64,000 nt of DNA from an uncultured Acidobacteriaceae bacterium. Its GTDB lineage: Bacteria; Acidobacteriota; Terriglobia; Terriglobales; Acidobacteriaceae. The stretch spans positions 17,379 to 81,378 of the forward strand of contig CAWDPB010000095.1 in NCBI GenBank assembly GCA_963804075.1. The letters are read 5' to 3'. Within the stretch, counting starts at the first letter, position 1; every line of letters begins with the position of its first letter. Shown in pieces: positions 1 to 11,378 of the stretch. A program made the position numbers and the translations under genes. The notes beneath the pieces were generated by a model that worked only from the letters and a program-made list of their open reading frames with translations, did not search any database and was not told the DNA's origin.

Positions 1-216
1 GCTGGCGGCTCAACGCGGTGGATTTGCGGCGGTCCAACCGCTAGCTGTTCGAGGCTCTGCGCTCCTAAAGAAGGTGCGCCTAAGGTCGGGAACAGCAGTG
101 TGAAGAGCAGAATAGGCAACGGCAGAGTGAATGGCCGAATTGCTGTGACGCCCCACAGCGTCATCGAGTGCGAGGACCGCATAGCGACCTCCCGAATTAT
201 GCTTCATGCCCGCCGT

Positions 217-2866
217 TCAGGGCGGCGGGGGACTGCTATTTGCAGGCTTCGATGGCGCAGGCGTGATCTTGTCACTCTTGTCCCCACCCTTGAACACGTC
301 GGCGATCTTACCGAAGAAACTTTTCTTCTTTTTCGTCTCTTCATCGGGTTGGACACCGCTTCCGGTCTGGGAGTTCCCGCTTCCCGGTGGCAGCACCGTT
401 TCCGACTTGCCACCAAATATACGCGAGAAAATACCTCGAGCGCCGGCCGTCTGGTCGCAGGTATCGTGCGGTTCGGTGCCAGCCACGAATGCAATCGTGT
501 AAGTCTCAGGGCAGGAAGGTGTTGCCAGCCGGTTGGTGACCTTATCCAGTTCCACGTCCACCACACCATCCGGTTGGGTGAACGGCCTTACGTTCTCATA
601 CTGGGGCAGGGTCACTGCCTTTTTCATGAACTCCGCCCAGATGGGGGCGGCTGTTTGCGCGCCGCTTAGACGGATGTCGCTGTAGTCGTCGTAGCCCACC
701 CACACAATACAAAGCAGGTTGCTGGTATATCCGGCAAACCAGCCGTCGTGCGAGGTCCCCGTCTTGCCGGCTGCGGGAGCGGTGAACCCGCGCTGCCGAA
801 CGCCGTACGCAGTTCCAAAATTCACTACGCCTTCCAGCATGTTGGTCATTACGAAGGCGATTCGCGGGTCCAGCACTTCTTTTCGCTCTGATCCAAAATT
901 GACGATTACGTCACCCTGCGCATTGCGGACCGAATTTACAAGCAGGGGGGACAGCCGAACTCCGCCGTTGGCAAACGTCGTATAGGCTGCAGTCATGTCG
1001 ACGGGAGTGGCGTCGTAGGCGCCCAGCGCCATGGCCGGAGTCGCCTTCACGGAGGAAATGCCGGCCGATTTCGCCAGATCGGCTACTTTGTCGTAGCCCA
1101 CTTCCTCAGCGACTTTTACAGTCGCATTGTTGAGCGACATCGCCAGGGCATACCGCAACGTCACATCGCCGTGATATTCCTCTTTGTAGTTACGCGGCTC
1201 GTAGATCTGATCGCCGTAGGCGAAGGTTGAAGCCTGATCGCTCACGATCGATGCCGGTGTGATCAAAGTTGCCGACCCATCGATGGCAGTATTCATGGCG
1301 GCCGCATAAACGAAGGGCTTGAAGATCGACCCGGTCGGACGTTTGGCGAGCGCGTGATTCAGTTGGCTGGTGGCGTAATTTCGACCACCGACCAGGGCCT
1401 TGATCTCTCCCGTATGTGGATCCATTGCGACCAGCGCCACCTGCGCCTGCGGGCCGGGTGCGACCGTTGTTTCCACTTTGCCGTTGACCTTGGTCTTCCT
1501 GGTCCGCATTTTGGTGACTTGATCGTCGACTAGTTTGATGCCTGTCTCAACCGCTGCCGCCGCAGCCCGCTGTAGCTCGGGATCGAGTGTCGTATAAATG
1601 CGGAACTGCTGGTCGTTGACCTCATGCTCGTTGAGCTTGCTGAGGACGGTATCGCGGACCATGTCGACAAAGTAAGGTGCGTCGCTCGCTTCCACGTTGG
1701 GGGGGGCGAGCTTGGGAGGCGTTGCCTTGGCCTTGTCGGCTTGCGCGCGCGTGATTGCGCCCGTGTCTGACCATTGCCTCCAGCACAGTGTTGCGGCGCT
1801 CCTGCGCTCGCTCGGGATGCCGATAGGGAGAAAGATAGCTTGGTGCCTGGATCAGGCCCGCCAGCAGCGCGGCCTCGGGTAGCGTGATGTCCTTTAGGTC
1901 TTTATTGAAATAGGAGTGCGCGCCTTCGGCTAGACCTGAAATGGTGAACGATCCGCGCTGCCCCAGATCCACGCGGTTGGCATAGAACTCGAAGATCTGC
2001 TGTTTGGAGAATTTCTGCTCCAGCTCAAGCGCAATCAGCATTTCGATCATCTTGCGCTTGAATGTTTTCTCCGGGCTCAAGAAAAACGCGCGCGAAAGCT
2101 GCATGGTGATGGTCGACCCGCCCTGCTGATGGCGCTGATGCGTGAAGTCGATCCATGCCGCCTCCGCCAAGCGGAGAAAGTTCACGCCGCTGTGCTGAAA
2201 GAAACGGCGATCCTCGATGGAGGTCACGGCTTCCACCATCACTTTGGGGATGTCGTCATACTTGACCAGTTCGCGCTTGGAGCGCTGCTCCGCATCGAAC
2301 AGGGAAGCCAGCGGCTGGGGTTCGAGTTCGTAGGCCTCAAGTTCTCCCGCCGAGCGGCTTATGATGTCGCTGACGGCTCCATCTGCCACCGTAATCGATG
2401 CTGGCTCGGGAGAGTGGTAGGACTCCGGGCCGGGCATGATGTCGATGGTCCCGCCGTGCACGCGGTAGGTTCCGAGGGTAGATTCCCCTTTTTCGGCATA
2501 GCCGGCGCGGCGCAGGTCCGCTGCAATGTCGCTGATCGTATCCTTCGAACCGATCCGCACGGTCTTTGCGCTCGCATAGATCTTCGCCGAAGTCGCAAAC
2601 ACAGGCCCGCGGAATCGCTGCTCGATGATGCGGTCGTACTTTACGTATTCATAGGTAAAAAAGCCGATCAGGACAAGCGACAATGCCAGGAAGCCGGCGA
2701 GGGCAACGCGCACCACGGGATCCTTGCTTCGCGAGCGGCTCTTGCCGCTCCCGCCGCTTTTTCGAGCGCCCGGAATTTTCAGTCGGATTGCCAAGAATAA
2801 AGACTCTTCCGCGTCCAGCGCAGCACTTTCGATTCCGAAATCCTCGAACCGAACAGATGCCTGCAA
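217..2866 (-). CDS. Class A penicillin-binding protein (PBP1A-type transglycosylase/transpeptidase), one frame disruption
   Basis: ORF 1622..2866 has an N-terminal TM helix and GT51 motifs (EDRRFFQHSGVN, GGSTITMQL). ORF 217..1695 has transpeptidase motifs SIFK (SxxK), SLN (SxN) and KTGTS. The reverse complement of ~1700-1770 reads SDTGAITRAQADKAKATPPKLAPPNVEASDAPYFVDMV in the downstream frame, so there is a single indel near 1755-1765. Confidence 0.85.
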
Positions 2867-3075
2867 CCGATAGGAATCGCTGCTTGATTCTAAATCACAA
2901 GCCGGGTCCGTAAGGTTAGATGCGTGTCAATGGAGATACATGCTGTGTTGGAACGGGGTGTGGAAGCAGGAACGACATCGGTCACTCATGGGCCATGCCG
3001 GAGGCAAAACAAAGGACTGAGAGCTATGAAGAGGGGCTGGGGATAGGAGACAAGATTAGAGGCTAAGAGCTGTTT

Positions 3076-3432
3076 CTAGAACACTCCCTTATTGATACTG
3101 GACGGATGGAAATCCAGAGTGGTCGAATATCCGGGCAGTTCGAGAGGCACGCTGTAGTCGGCTTCGATGGCCAATGCGCCGGTGCCGAATCCTCCGGTCC
3201 GCGTTATGTGGACCTGCTTGGATGTCAATACGATGTCATACTCGCGCGCGTGCTTGATGACGGCATCGCGGATGTCGTCCTCGGTACGTGCGCTGTAGGT
3301 GGAGCGCAACGCTTCGTTCTTAATGGCGTCTTCCAATTCGTAATTGGAGAAGTAGGGCGGGATCAGCCTGAGGCACACCATCACCACCAACGCCATTACG
3401 CCAAATCCTAAAACCAGCCTGAGTGTCGCCAT
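3076..3432 (-). CDS. Small membrane-anchored protein, DUF4845-like
   Basis: ORF 3076..3489 taken from ATG 3432. MATLRLVLGFGVMALVVMVCL is a single TM helix, followed by a soluble domain. It lies directly downstream of proS on the same strand. The family call is from memory only. Confidence 0.5.
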   Translation of the reverse strand: MATLRLVLGFGVMALVVMVCLRLIPPYFSNYELEDAIKNEALRSTYSARTEDDIRDAVIKHAREYDIVLTSKQVHITRTGGFGTGALAIEADYSVPLELPGYSTTLDFHPSSINKGVF

Positions 3433-3489
3433 AGCATTTGCCCGCCGACCATTCTCGGCAGGTGCCGGACACTCCTTTTCCGGCTCCAA

Positions 3490-5296
3490 CTAGCTCGCAT
3501 TCAGCCCGCGAACCAGCCCACAGAGATGATCGGTTATGGCTGAAATCTTAACGTCCACCCTCTCCAGAGTCGAGCGTCGAACCACTTCGACCATGCCTTC
3601 AGTAACCTTTTTGCCCACATTGACACGAAAGGGGATGCCCACCAGATCAGCATCCTTGAACTTGACCCCGGGTCGTTCGTCCCTGTCGTCCAGTAACACG
3701 TCCAGGCCAGCCGTTTCCAGGCCTCGCGCAACGACCTCCGCCGCCGTGCGGATCTTGTCATCTCCTGCGTTGGTTGCTACGACCACCACGTCAAACGGGG
3801 CGATCGAACGGCGCCAGCCAGAACCCGTTTTCGTCGTTCGACTGCTCGACTGCGGCAGTCAAAATACGCTCAATGCCGATCCCATAGCTGCCCATGATCG
3901 GCGCGACTTCCTTGCCGTTGTGGTCAAGGACCGTAGCACCCATGGATTTTGAATACTTGTAGCCCAGCTTGAAGATGTGACCGATCTCGACTGCAGTATC
4001 GATCCTCAACGCGGCCCCGCACTTTGGGCAACCCTCTCCAGCGTTAACGCTGCGCACGTCGGCGGCAATTGTCCATTGAAAATCTTTGCCGGGCGTTACA
4101 TTCTTTAAGTGATAGTCGAGCTTGTTTGCGCCGCAGATCATGTTTGAGCGTCCGACCAGCCCTTCATCGAGCACAACGGTCGCCGAGCGTGGATCGGCTG
4201 GCCACTTCTTCGTATCCCACTCGCCCAGAAACTCCTTTGGCCGCACGACCAGGCCAATCGGTCCAATGAATCCCGCCGGTCCCTGAAAATACTTCTCAAT
4301 TTCCTCGGCCTGCATGGGGCGGACGTTCGCCGCTTTCACCAGAGTGAGGAGCTTGGTTTCATTTACGCTGTGGTCGCCGCGCAGGAAGACGATCACCGGT
4401 TGCTCGAGTGTCTTTCCGCCATTGCCCGCATTCTGAGCCATATAGGCTACGGTCTTGATATCTTGCAACGCCGAGATCCCCAGGAACTCCGCTACATCGG
4501 CGATCGCTCCTTTCCCCGGTGTATGGATAGGAAGTGGCTTGCCGTCGCCCTCGCCCGGCAGGTCCTGGACGGGAGCGATTTTCGAAGTCGCTTTTTCCAG
4601 GTTCGCCGCATAGCCGCAAGTCTCGCAGCTAACAACCTGGTCTTCTCCCGCCGGCGTGCGCACCATGAACTCCTGCGACTGCGATCCACCCATCGCGCCC
4701 GAGTGCGCGTTGATCACCACGTACTTCAGACCGCAGCGATCAAAAATCCGGCAGTAGGTGTCGTAGTGCTTCTGGTAGCTTGTATCGAGTCCGGCCGCAT
4801 TCAGATCAAACGAATACGCGTCCTTCATCATGAACTGGCGCACCCGCAGCAGGCCCGACTTCGGGCGAGGCTCGTCGCGAAACTTGGTCTGAATCTGATA
4901 CCAGATTTGTGGGAGTTGCTTATAGCTGCGCAGCTCCTTGCGCGCGATATCGGTCATGATTTCCTCGTGCGTCATGCCTAGGCACAAATCCGCGCCCTTG
5001 CGATCCTTTAGGCGGAACATGTTCTCGCCCATCACCGTCCATCGGCCGCTCTCTTCCCAAATGTCTCTTGGATTGAGCGCGGGCAGGTAGAACTCCTGCC
5101 CGATCTTGTTCATCTCTTCGCGGACAATGCCCATGATCTTCTGCGTTGTGCGGTTTCCCAGGAACAGGAAAGAGTAGATGCCCGCGCCCAGTTGCCGTAT
5201 GTATCCAGCCCGGACGAGCAGTTTGTGGCTAGCGACCTCGGCATCCGCCGGAGCCTCGCGCAAAGTAGGAATAAAAAGTTCAGACCACCGGTGCAT
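3490..5296 (-). CDS. proS: Proline--tRNA ligase, one frame disruption near the 3' end
   Basis: ORF 3791..5437 from internal ATG 5296 ([43 protein letters not shown]) carries the class II catalytic and editing domains. ORF 3490..3789 is the anticodon-binding C-terminus ([11 protein letters not shown]...[12 protein letters not shown]). The reverse complement of 3790-3835 reads [16 protein letters not shown] in the downstream frame. Confidence 0.9.
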
Positions 5297-5488
5297 AGTT
5301 GGTTTTTCCCTATGAATTTTCCTGAAGTTGAAGGAATGTTCGATTGTAAATGATGACTCGCGTGGCGCGGGCAGCCCATTGACGGCTGGGGAGATCCGGC
5401 CCGGCGCAGGAATGCTGCTCGCGCGGATGCAGTTCATTCCCGTGCTGCCGTCAAATGCCGGTACCTTTTGTGATCGGCATCTTCCGGC

Positions 5489-5517
5489 TTGACATCTTCG
5501 TGGAAGGGGCTCATATT
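5489..5517 (+). promoter_or_regulatory. Candidate sigma70-type promoter (TTGACA-N17-CATATT)
   Basis: TTGACA at 5489-5494, a 17-nt spacer, and CATATT at 5512-5517. It sits about 95 nt upstream of the phosphoesterase ATG. Confidence 0.3.
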
Positions 5518-5612
5518 CTGACCAACTACCCTCGCTAGGAGGTAAACTCCGCGCGTAGCCATTCTCTTAACCAACCTGGTTCAACATGATCGCTTGCCCT
5601 TGGGGAGAACCG

Positions 5613-7149
5613 ATGAAATTAGCCATTCGCTTTTCGATGCTCCTAGCTTTTGCCTCCACCGCCGCCTTGGGCCAAATCCCGTATCCCAACCCGTTTACTC
5701 ACGTGATTATTGTTGATCAGGAAAATCGAACTGTCGACAACCTCCTCGGCAGCAACTCTCCCAGCAACCAGTTTTATCTGCCAGGTTTGAACTTTGCCAC
5801 TTCGGGACGGGCTTGGACCAAAGTCAAAGGGAAGAAGAACGTATTCACTGTGCAATCCGTTGCCATCCCGCTGGCTTCCAAGCTTGGATCCGGAGATAGC
5901 GTGGAAGCCGATGACTACGATCCCGGCCACGGCCATAAAGTATGGGTGTCTGCCTGCGATTCGCCGGTGAAGACCGATCCGAGCACGGATTGCACGATGG
6001 ATGGGTTTAATCACGTAGGGGTTGCTTGCGACGCTGGAGCTACCGGCTGCCCGGGGCCGGCTTATCCTACGTATGCTTACGTGCAGTACAAGGACGTAGC
6101 TCCTTACTTTCAGATCGCGGCGCAATACAGCTATGCGAACTACATGTTTCAGACCAACCAGGGACCGCTTTCCTCTCACCAGTTCACTTTCGGCGGGACA
6201 TCGCAACCGGGAGTGGGTACCGAGCCGACGTGGTTTGTCGCCGAAAATATGGTAGGCGGCGCCAACAACGGCTGTATTGCATCTTCCGGCGGGACCGTAG
6301 CGCTCGTTGATCCGGCGAATCAGACGGAAACCACCAAGATCTATCCATGCTTTACGCACCGCACCATGGCCGACCTGTTCGCAGCTCCGCCGGTTCCGCT
6401 GAGCCCGGTCACATGGACTTACTACACGCCGGGCCAAGGCTCTCTTTGGTCGGCTCCCGACGCCATCTCCACAATCTGTACCGACGTCAAAGGAAAGTGC
6501 ACCGGCCCCTATTGGACCAAGGGTAAAACCAACGGATATATCGACGTCAATCCTGCCGATGCGATTACCGATATCAACAACTGCAATCTGAAACAAATGA
6601 GCTGGATCATTCCGACCGGCGTCGAGTCCGACCATGCAGGATCGAACGGACGGTTCCGGACCCTCATGGGTCTCTTCCATTGTCAACGCAGTCGGCGGCT
6701 ACAATAACAACGGCACCGTGGCTAACACATGTGGCTACTGGAACGACACCGTCATCCTTATTACCTGGGATGACTGGGGTGGCTGGTACGACCACGTGGT
6801 GCCGCCGCCCCTTTCGAGCCTCGCGCCTGCAGTCGCTTCTTCGTATGTCTATGGCTTCCGCGTGCCGTTGTTTGTTGTTTCCGCTTATACTCCACCGGGG
6901 ACTGTCGGCAATGTTATGGGCCTCGACTACGGAGCCATGTTGAAGTTCGTGGAGGAGACATTCGGGGGGTTGGGCACGATCTCGGAGGACCCTTCTAACC
7001 CGTATGCGGATTACTACGCCAACGACGACCTCAGCGAATTTTTCCAATTTGGGCACACACCCTATCCGTTCCAGCTTATTAACGCTCCGCTGAACTCTGA
7101 TGTCTTCCTTAACCCCGCGCGCCCGATTGACCCGCCGGACAACGACTAA
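5613..7149 (+). CDS. Secreted phosphoesterase-family protein (phospholipase C / AcpA acid phosphatase family), one frame disruption
   Basis: ATG 5613 is preceded by GGGGAGA, and the signal peptide is MKLAIRFSMLLAFASTAALGQ. Hallmark blocks are HVIIVDQENRTVDNLLG and WDDWGGWYDHVVPP. ORFs 5586..6707 and 6634..7149 join at ...ESDHAGSN|DGSGPSWVSSIVN (near 6650). Confidence 0.75.
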
Positions 7150-7168
7150 CCTGCCTACGACATACAGG

Positions 7169-7202
7169 GGGCGGACATTCTTGTCCGCCCGACAGGGTTT
7201 TT
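7169..7202 (+). terminator. Hairpin plus T-run after the phosphoesterase gene
   Basis: GGGCGGACA (7169-7177), loop TTCT, TGTCCGCCC (7182-7190), then GACAGGGTTTTT. It lies between convergent genes. Confidence 0.45.
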
Positions 7203-7395
7203 CTGATACAGCGCTGACGTTCGGTACACGCGCATGGATCCCCACGTATCCCTGGAACAGTTTCGAGTGCTGCATGTGTGTCGATATCCTTGGATCATGC
7301 CCCTGACATGGACGGGACCGGGAAGTGCGGGCGAGGCATTGTAGTTATAGATGCAGCTAATTTGAACGCGTTGGCCACGTCAGAGTGCCGCTCAA

Positions 7396-7791
7396 TCAGC
7401 GGGTGACTTCGCGAAGCACGCCTTGCACCGCGGACACCAGGCGGCTGGAGTGGTGATCGAGGTCTAACTGGCCCTTCTCGAAGTACGCTGCGGCGCCTTC
7501 CTTTAATAGCTTCTCTTCATTGCGCTGTGACAGTGCACTCACGACGATGACCGGGATATGCACAGTCGCCGGATCATCCTTCAGCGCTTTTAGCACCTCA
7601 GGCCCGCTGATCTTTGGAATCAGCATATCCAAGAGGATGACGTCGGGCAGTTTTTCCCTTGCGGCGCGTAATGCCTCTTCGCCGTCGCTGGCCGTGGAGA
7701 CATCGAACCCCGCCCTCGCGAGCACACGCTCGTTCGCAATCCTCAGAAACTTGCTGTCTTCCACAAGCAGGACTTTGGTTGGCGCGCTCAT
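7396..7791 (-). CDS. Stand-alone CheY-like response regulator receiver
   Basis: Runs from ATG 7791: KVLLVEDSKFLR, phospho-acceptor context VILLDMLIP, VVSAL, and K in AAYFEKG. There is no output domain. Confidence 0.85.
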   Translation of the reverse strand: MSAPTKVLLVEDSKFLRIANERVLARAGFDVSTASDGEEALRAAREKLPDVILLDMLIPKISGPEVLKALKDDPATVHIPVIVVSALSQRNEEKLLKEGAAAYFEKGQLDLDHHSSRLVSAVQGVLREVTR

Positions 7792-8081
7792 ATGAAATCC
7801 TTGCACTCTCATTATCGGGTATTTGGACGCGAAGCTTTCAAATCGGGGAATCGAACGTAACAGGGACTCGGTTAGTGAACGGCCAAGAGATCGCCGCCAG
7901 GTCCTTTGCAACTGGCTGATTTCACGCGGGATGGCTGAAATTAACCACCCCGCCTCGCGAAACTTTTCCTGCCCATCCGCGTTCAAATGAGTAGGCGCTT
8001 CAGAGATGGAAAGCTGAAGGACCTCGGAATCCGGCGAACTCGCTTTAGCGAACCACCGGAAAGGAACGAAGGAGGTTCACC

Positions 8082-8573
8082 ATGAAATACCTGAGATATG
8101 CAACGATGTTCGCAGTATTGATGCTTCTGCCGCTGGCATGCGCGCAGGCGCAGGTCAGAATTGGCGTAGGCATTGGCCCCGTGGGCGTGGCTGTCGGCCC
8201 GGGCTACGTTGACGCGCCGCCCGTTTGCGCCTACGGCTACTACCCCGATTATCCATACGGCTGTGCGCCTTACGGCTACTACGGACCAGAGTGGTTCTCT
8301 GGGGGGATCTTTATCGGGGCGGGCCCCTGGTACCACGGTTGGGGACGCCCTTACTGGGACCATGGCGTCTATCGCCCCGGCTTTTACGGACGCGGCGGAC
8401 CGGTTGGCCGTGGCTTCGGTCGCGGATATGAAGGGCGCGGGCGCGGTCCTGCAATCGCCCGCGGCGGAGCAGCGCGTGGTCCTGCGATCGCCCATAACGG
8501 AGGCGGACTTCACGGCGGAGGGGGATCCCGAAGTGGTGGCGGCTTCCACGGCGGAGGTGGTCACGGTCGTTAA
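8082..8573 (+). CDS. Secreted Gly/Tyr/Pro/Arg-rich low-complexity protein
   Basis: GGAGG at 8071-8075, ATG at 8082, signal peptide MKYLRYATMFAVLMLLPLACAQA. The mature part is G/Y/P-rich with a GGGxHGGGG tail. Confidence 0.6.
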   Translation: MKYLRYATMFAVLMLLPLACAQAQVRIGVGIGPVGVAVGPGYVDAPPVCAYGYYPDYPYGCAPYGYYGPEWFSGGIFIGAGPWYHGWGRPYWDHGVYRPGFYGRGGPVGRGFGRGYEGRGRGPAIARGGAARGPAIAHNGGGLHGGGGSRSGGGFHGGGGHGR

Positions 8574-8596
8574 GTGAGTTGTGGCAAGAGAGCAAA

Positions 8597-8631
8597 GGGC
8601 TGGCAGCCAAGGCTGCCAGCCCTCTTGTTTT
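8597..8631. terminator. Bidirectional rho-independent terminator
   Basis: GGGCTGGCAGCC (8597-8608), loop AA, GGCTGCCAGCCC (8611-8622), then TCTTGTTTT. The other strand has an A/T-rich flank. It lies between the convergent genes 8082..8573 and 8669..8905. Confidence 0.7.
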
Positions 8632-8668
8632 GAGGCATTGACGGAATGATCCGCTTCATCGAGACTCG

Positions 8669-8905
8669 CTATGCACTCTTGCGGGTCTTCTCGCTATCTT
8701 GCGTGTCATCTTCCGTTTCAGTTCCAGGCCGGCGTTGCGGCACCGACTGGGTTCCCCCGCCGCGCTGCTGCTGATCGGTTTGCGGCTTCTGGTGCTGTCC
8801 CTGTTCACCGTGCTTTTCCTGCTCGCTGAACTGATTGTTTTCCTTTTTGCCTGTCTGGTTTTTCTGCTCATCCGTTGTGGAAACCGTATTCTTCATGTCT
8901 GTCAT
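8669..8905 (-). CDS. Small highly hydrophilic (Q/E/K/T-rich) protein, hydrophilin-like
   Basis: 78 aa. AAGGAG lies 9 nt upstream of ATG 8905. There is no hydrophobic segment. Function is unknown. Confidence 0.55.
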   Translation of the reverse strand: MTDMKNTVSTTDEQKNQTGKKENNQFSEQEKHGEQGQHQKPQTDQQQRGGGTQSVPQRRPGTETEDDTQDSEKTRKSA

Positions 8906-9161
8906 AATCCAAGACTCCTTTGATTAATGTTGAGCATGCGACCGAAGTGCGCATGCTCGCCTTTCATCAGGCCCGCTTGAGATGGCCATTGGCCTCGCCG
9001 GGATGCCCCTCTACCAGAAACAGGGGAGAGATAGGTTGGAGCTCAGTGTATTCCCGAGGATTCATTACCCGAGTCTTGTGGGGGAGTTCGAGCAGACAGG
9101 CATGTTTGCCTTTGACGGCCGCGATGCAGAAATGCAAATGTTCTGGCTTCAACGCGGCTGA

Positions 9162-9512
9162 TTGGAATGTACGGACCCGTCTCGTCCGGATCGTGGTATC
9201 ATCCCTCGCGTGCTAGGCGGACGCAGCAGCGACGAGTGGATCGCGCAATATAGCTCCAGTCATCAGCATCCGATGAACCGGCTGTGTCATACGCTGGGCA
9301 TTCCGACCATTCTGTTGTCGTTTGCGGTTCTTGTGGCTGGCATCTTCTTCCATCACTTGCTGCTCTATGCGCTTGCGTTGTTTCTCATCGGCTGGCTCTT
9401 CCAGTTCATCGGCCACGCCTTCGAGGGCAAGCCTCCCGAGTTCTTCCACGACTGGCGTTTCCTTTTTGTGGGTGTGCGCTGGTGGTGGGCGAAGATCCAC
9501 GGCCGTGCGTGA
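9162..9512 (+). CDS. DUF962 (Mpo1-like) membrane protein
   Basis: SSDEWIAQYSSSHQHPMNRLCHTLGIPTILLSF...IGHAFEGKPPEFFHDWRFLFVG matches the DUF962 pattern. The start is uncertain (TTG 9162 or GTG 9210). Confidence 0.75.
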   Translation: MECTDPSRPDRGIIPRVLGGRSSDEWIAQYSSSHQHPMNRLCHTLGIPTILLSFAVLVAGIFFHHLLLYALALFLIGWLFQFIGHAFEGKPPEFFHDWRFLFVGVRWWWAKIHGRA

Positions 9513-9546
9513 CGATTTCCGATATCCATCTTTCCGAGATTAAACC

Positions 9547-11229
9547 ATGACCATAACCCGTTATCTCTTTGTCGTCCTGTTCCTGATTGTTTCCATACTC
9601 GGCCATGCGGCCGACGCCGCGTTTGATATCGTCATCACGAACGGGCATATTGTGGATGGCACCGGGTCTCCCTGGTATTCGGGCGACGTCGGTATCCGCG
9701 ACGGCCGAATTGCGGCCATCGGCAATCTTTCCGCCGCTGCGCGCAAGCGCATGATCGACGCGGGGGGCAAGGTGGTAGCTCCCGGCTTCATCGACATGCT
9801 GGGGCAGTCGGAAGTGACCATCCTCGTCGATCCGCGGCTGCCCTCGAAGATCTATCAGGGCATCACGACCGAGATCACCGGCGAAGGCGGATCGGCGGCT
9901 CCATTGACGAAAGTGATTGTGGAGGCCGATCGCCCTGTTTACGCACACTACAAGATTGACGCCGACTGGCAGACTTTTCGCCAGTATTTTGCGCGGCTGG
10001 AAAAGCAGGGCATGGGAATCAATCTTGCGAGCTATGTGGGAGCTACGCAGGTAAGACGTGTTGTGCTGGGCGACGCCGATGTTCAGCCCACGCCCGAGCA
10101 ACTCGAGAAGATGAAAGCGCTGGTGCGGGAAGCCATGCACGACGGAGCCGTTGGTCTTTCGACGTCGCTTGAATATGCGCCCGCGCCCTACGCCAAGACG
10201 GAAGAGATCATCGCGCTCGCTGCCGAAGCGTCAAAGTTCGGTGGAATTTACGCAACCCATATGCGCAATGAGAGCGATACCGTGCTCGAAGCCATTGATG
10301 AAGCCTTGCGCATCGGCCGGGAGGCGCACATTCCGGTCGAGATCTGGCATATCAAAGTTGCCGGGAAGAACAACTGGGGACACATGCCCGAAGTAGTCGC
10401 GAAGATCAATCAGGCGCGCGCGCAGGGAAGCGACGTTTCAGCCAACACCTATGCCTATACCGCATGGTTCAACAGCATGTCGGCCTTCGTTCCGCCGTGG
10501 GCACACGACGGCGGCGACGCAAAGCTGGTCGAGCGGTTGAAAGATCCGGCGATCCGCGCTCGCATTCGCAAGGAAATGGGAGCTCCCTCCGGAAGCTGGG
10601 ACAACGAATGGCAGGAGATTCCGGGACCGGAAGCGGTGATGATTAGCGTGGTACAGAATCCGGAGTTAAGGAAATTTCAGGGCAAGCGTCTTTCGGAAGT
10701 TGCGCAGACGATGCACGAAGATGCGATGGACGCGCTTTTCGACTTGCTGATCGAAGACAAAGGTTTCACGGAGTGCGCTGTCTTCGGCATGTCGGAACCC
10801 GATGTTGCCCTAGCCCTGGAGCAGCCGTGGGTCTCAATTGACAACGATTCTTCCGGCACTTCTCCTGAAGGCATTCTCGGCGAGGAGCATCCACATCCTC
10901 GGGCGTATGGAACGTTTCCGCGAATTCTGCGGAAGTATGTTCGGGAAGAGAAGAAGCTGACGCTGGAGGAAGCGATCCGCAAGTTTTCGGCGCTGCCGGC
11001 GCAGCGCATGCGGCTCACGGATCGTGGCGTGCTGAAGCAGGGCATGTGGGCGGATGTGGTGGTGTTTGATCCGGAGAAGGTGCGGGACCTGGCGACCTTC
11101 GACGATCCCAACCGGCTGTCGGAAGGGATGGAGATTGTGCTGGTGAATGGAACTCCGGTGATTGAGAGTGGCAAGATGACCGGGGCGTTGCCCGGGAAAG
11201 TGCTGCGGGGCGCGGGGTATGAGCGGTAG
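9547..11229 (+). CDS. N-acyl-D-amino-acid deacylase (D-aminoacylase, amidohydrolase superfamily), secreted
   Basis: Signal or anchor peptide MTITRYLFVVLFLIVSILGHAADA. Motifs DIVITNGHIVDGTGSPWYSGDVGIRDGRIAAIG, VVAPGFIDMLGQSE and GGIYATHMRNESD. Confidence 0.85.
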   Translation: MTITRYLFVVLFLIVSILGHAADAAFDIVITNGHIVDGTGSPWYSGDVGIRDGRIAAIGNLSAAARKRMIDAGGKVVAPGFIDMLGQSEVTILVDPRLPSKIYQGITTEITGEGGSAAPLTKVIVEADRPVYAHYKIDADWQTFRQYFARLEKQGMGINLASYVGATQVRRVVLGDADVQPTPEQLEKMKALVREAMHDGAVGLSTSLEYAPAPYAKTEEIIALAAEASKFGGIYATHMRNESDTVLEAIDEALRIGREAHIPVEIWHIKVAGKNNWGHMPEVVAKINQARAQGSDVSANTYAYTAWFNSMSAFVPPWAHDGGDAKLVERLKDPAIRARIRKEMGAPSGSWDNEWQEIPGPEAVMISVVQNPELRKFQGKRLSEVAQTMHEDAMDALFDLLIEDKGFTECAVFGMSEPDVALALEQPWVSIDNDSSGTSPEGILGEEHPHPRAYGTFPRILRKYVREEKKLTLEEAIRKFSALPAQRMRLTDRGVLKQGMWADVVVFDPEKVRDLATFDDPNRLSEGMEIVLVNGTPVIESGKMTGALPGKVLRGAGYER

Positions 11230-11301
11230 AAGGCGAGAAGGCCCGCGCTCGCCCCTACACGAGCAGCCTGTCCACACTCCAAATGAATCCCAAAGTCAAA
11301 G

Positions 11302-11339
11302 GCCCCACCCTGTCGCAAAAAACGCGACAAGGATGGGGC
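11302..11339. terminator. REP-like hairpin between convergent genes (A-rich-loop family)
   Basis: GCCCCACCCTGTCGC AAAAAA CGCGACAAGGATGGGGC is an imperfect stem. It sits between the D-aminoacylase stop and the ahcY stop. Its core GTCGCAAAAAACGCGAC recurs at 17297-17313. Confidence 0.5.
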
Positions 11340-11378
11340 ACCCGATTTCAACTGGCCACTGACAACTGGGAACTGTTT

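Noticed and set aside
1-216. ORF 10..207(-) and the plus-strand ORFs at the left edge.
   Set aside because: No recognisable family or start context. Most likely this is non-coding sequence downstream of PBP1A, or a fragment I cannot assign.
1699-1706. G8 homopolymer as the cause of the PBP1A frameshift.
   Set aside because: Translating across it keeps the downstream frame intact (KLAPPNVEASDAPYF). The frame change is about 60 nt further upstream (~1755-1765) and is not in the homopolymer.
5535-5545. Strong SD-like TAGGAGGT upstream of the phosphoesterase gene, as evidence for a small leader ORF.
   Set aside because: No ATG, GTG or TTG lies in a usable window downstream, and a TAG follows within 20 nt.
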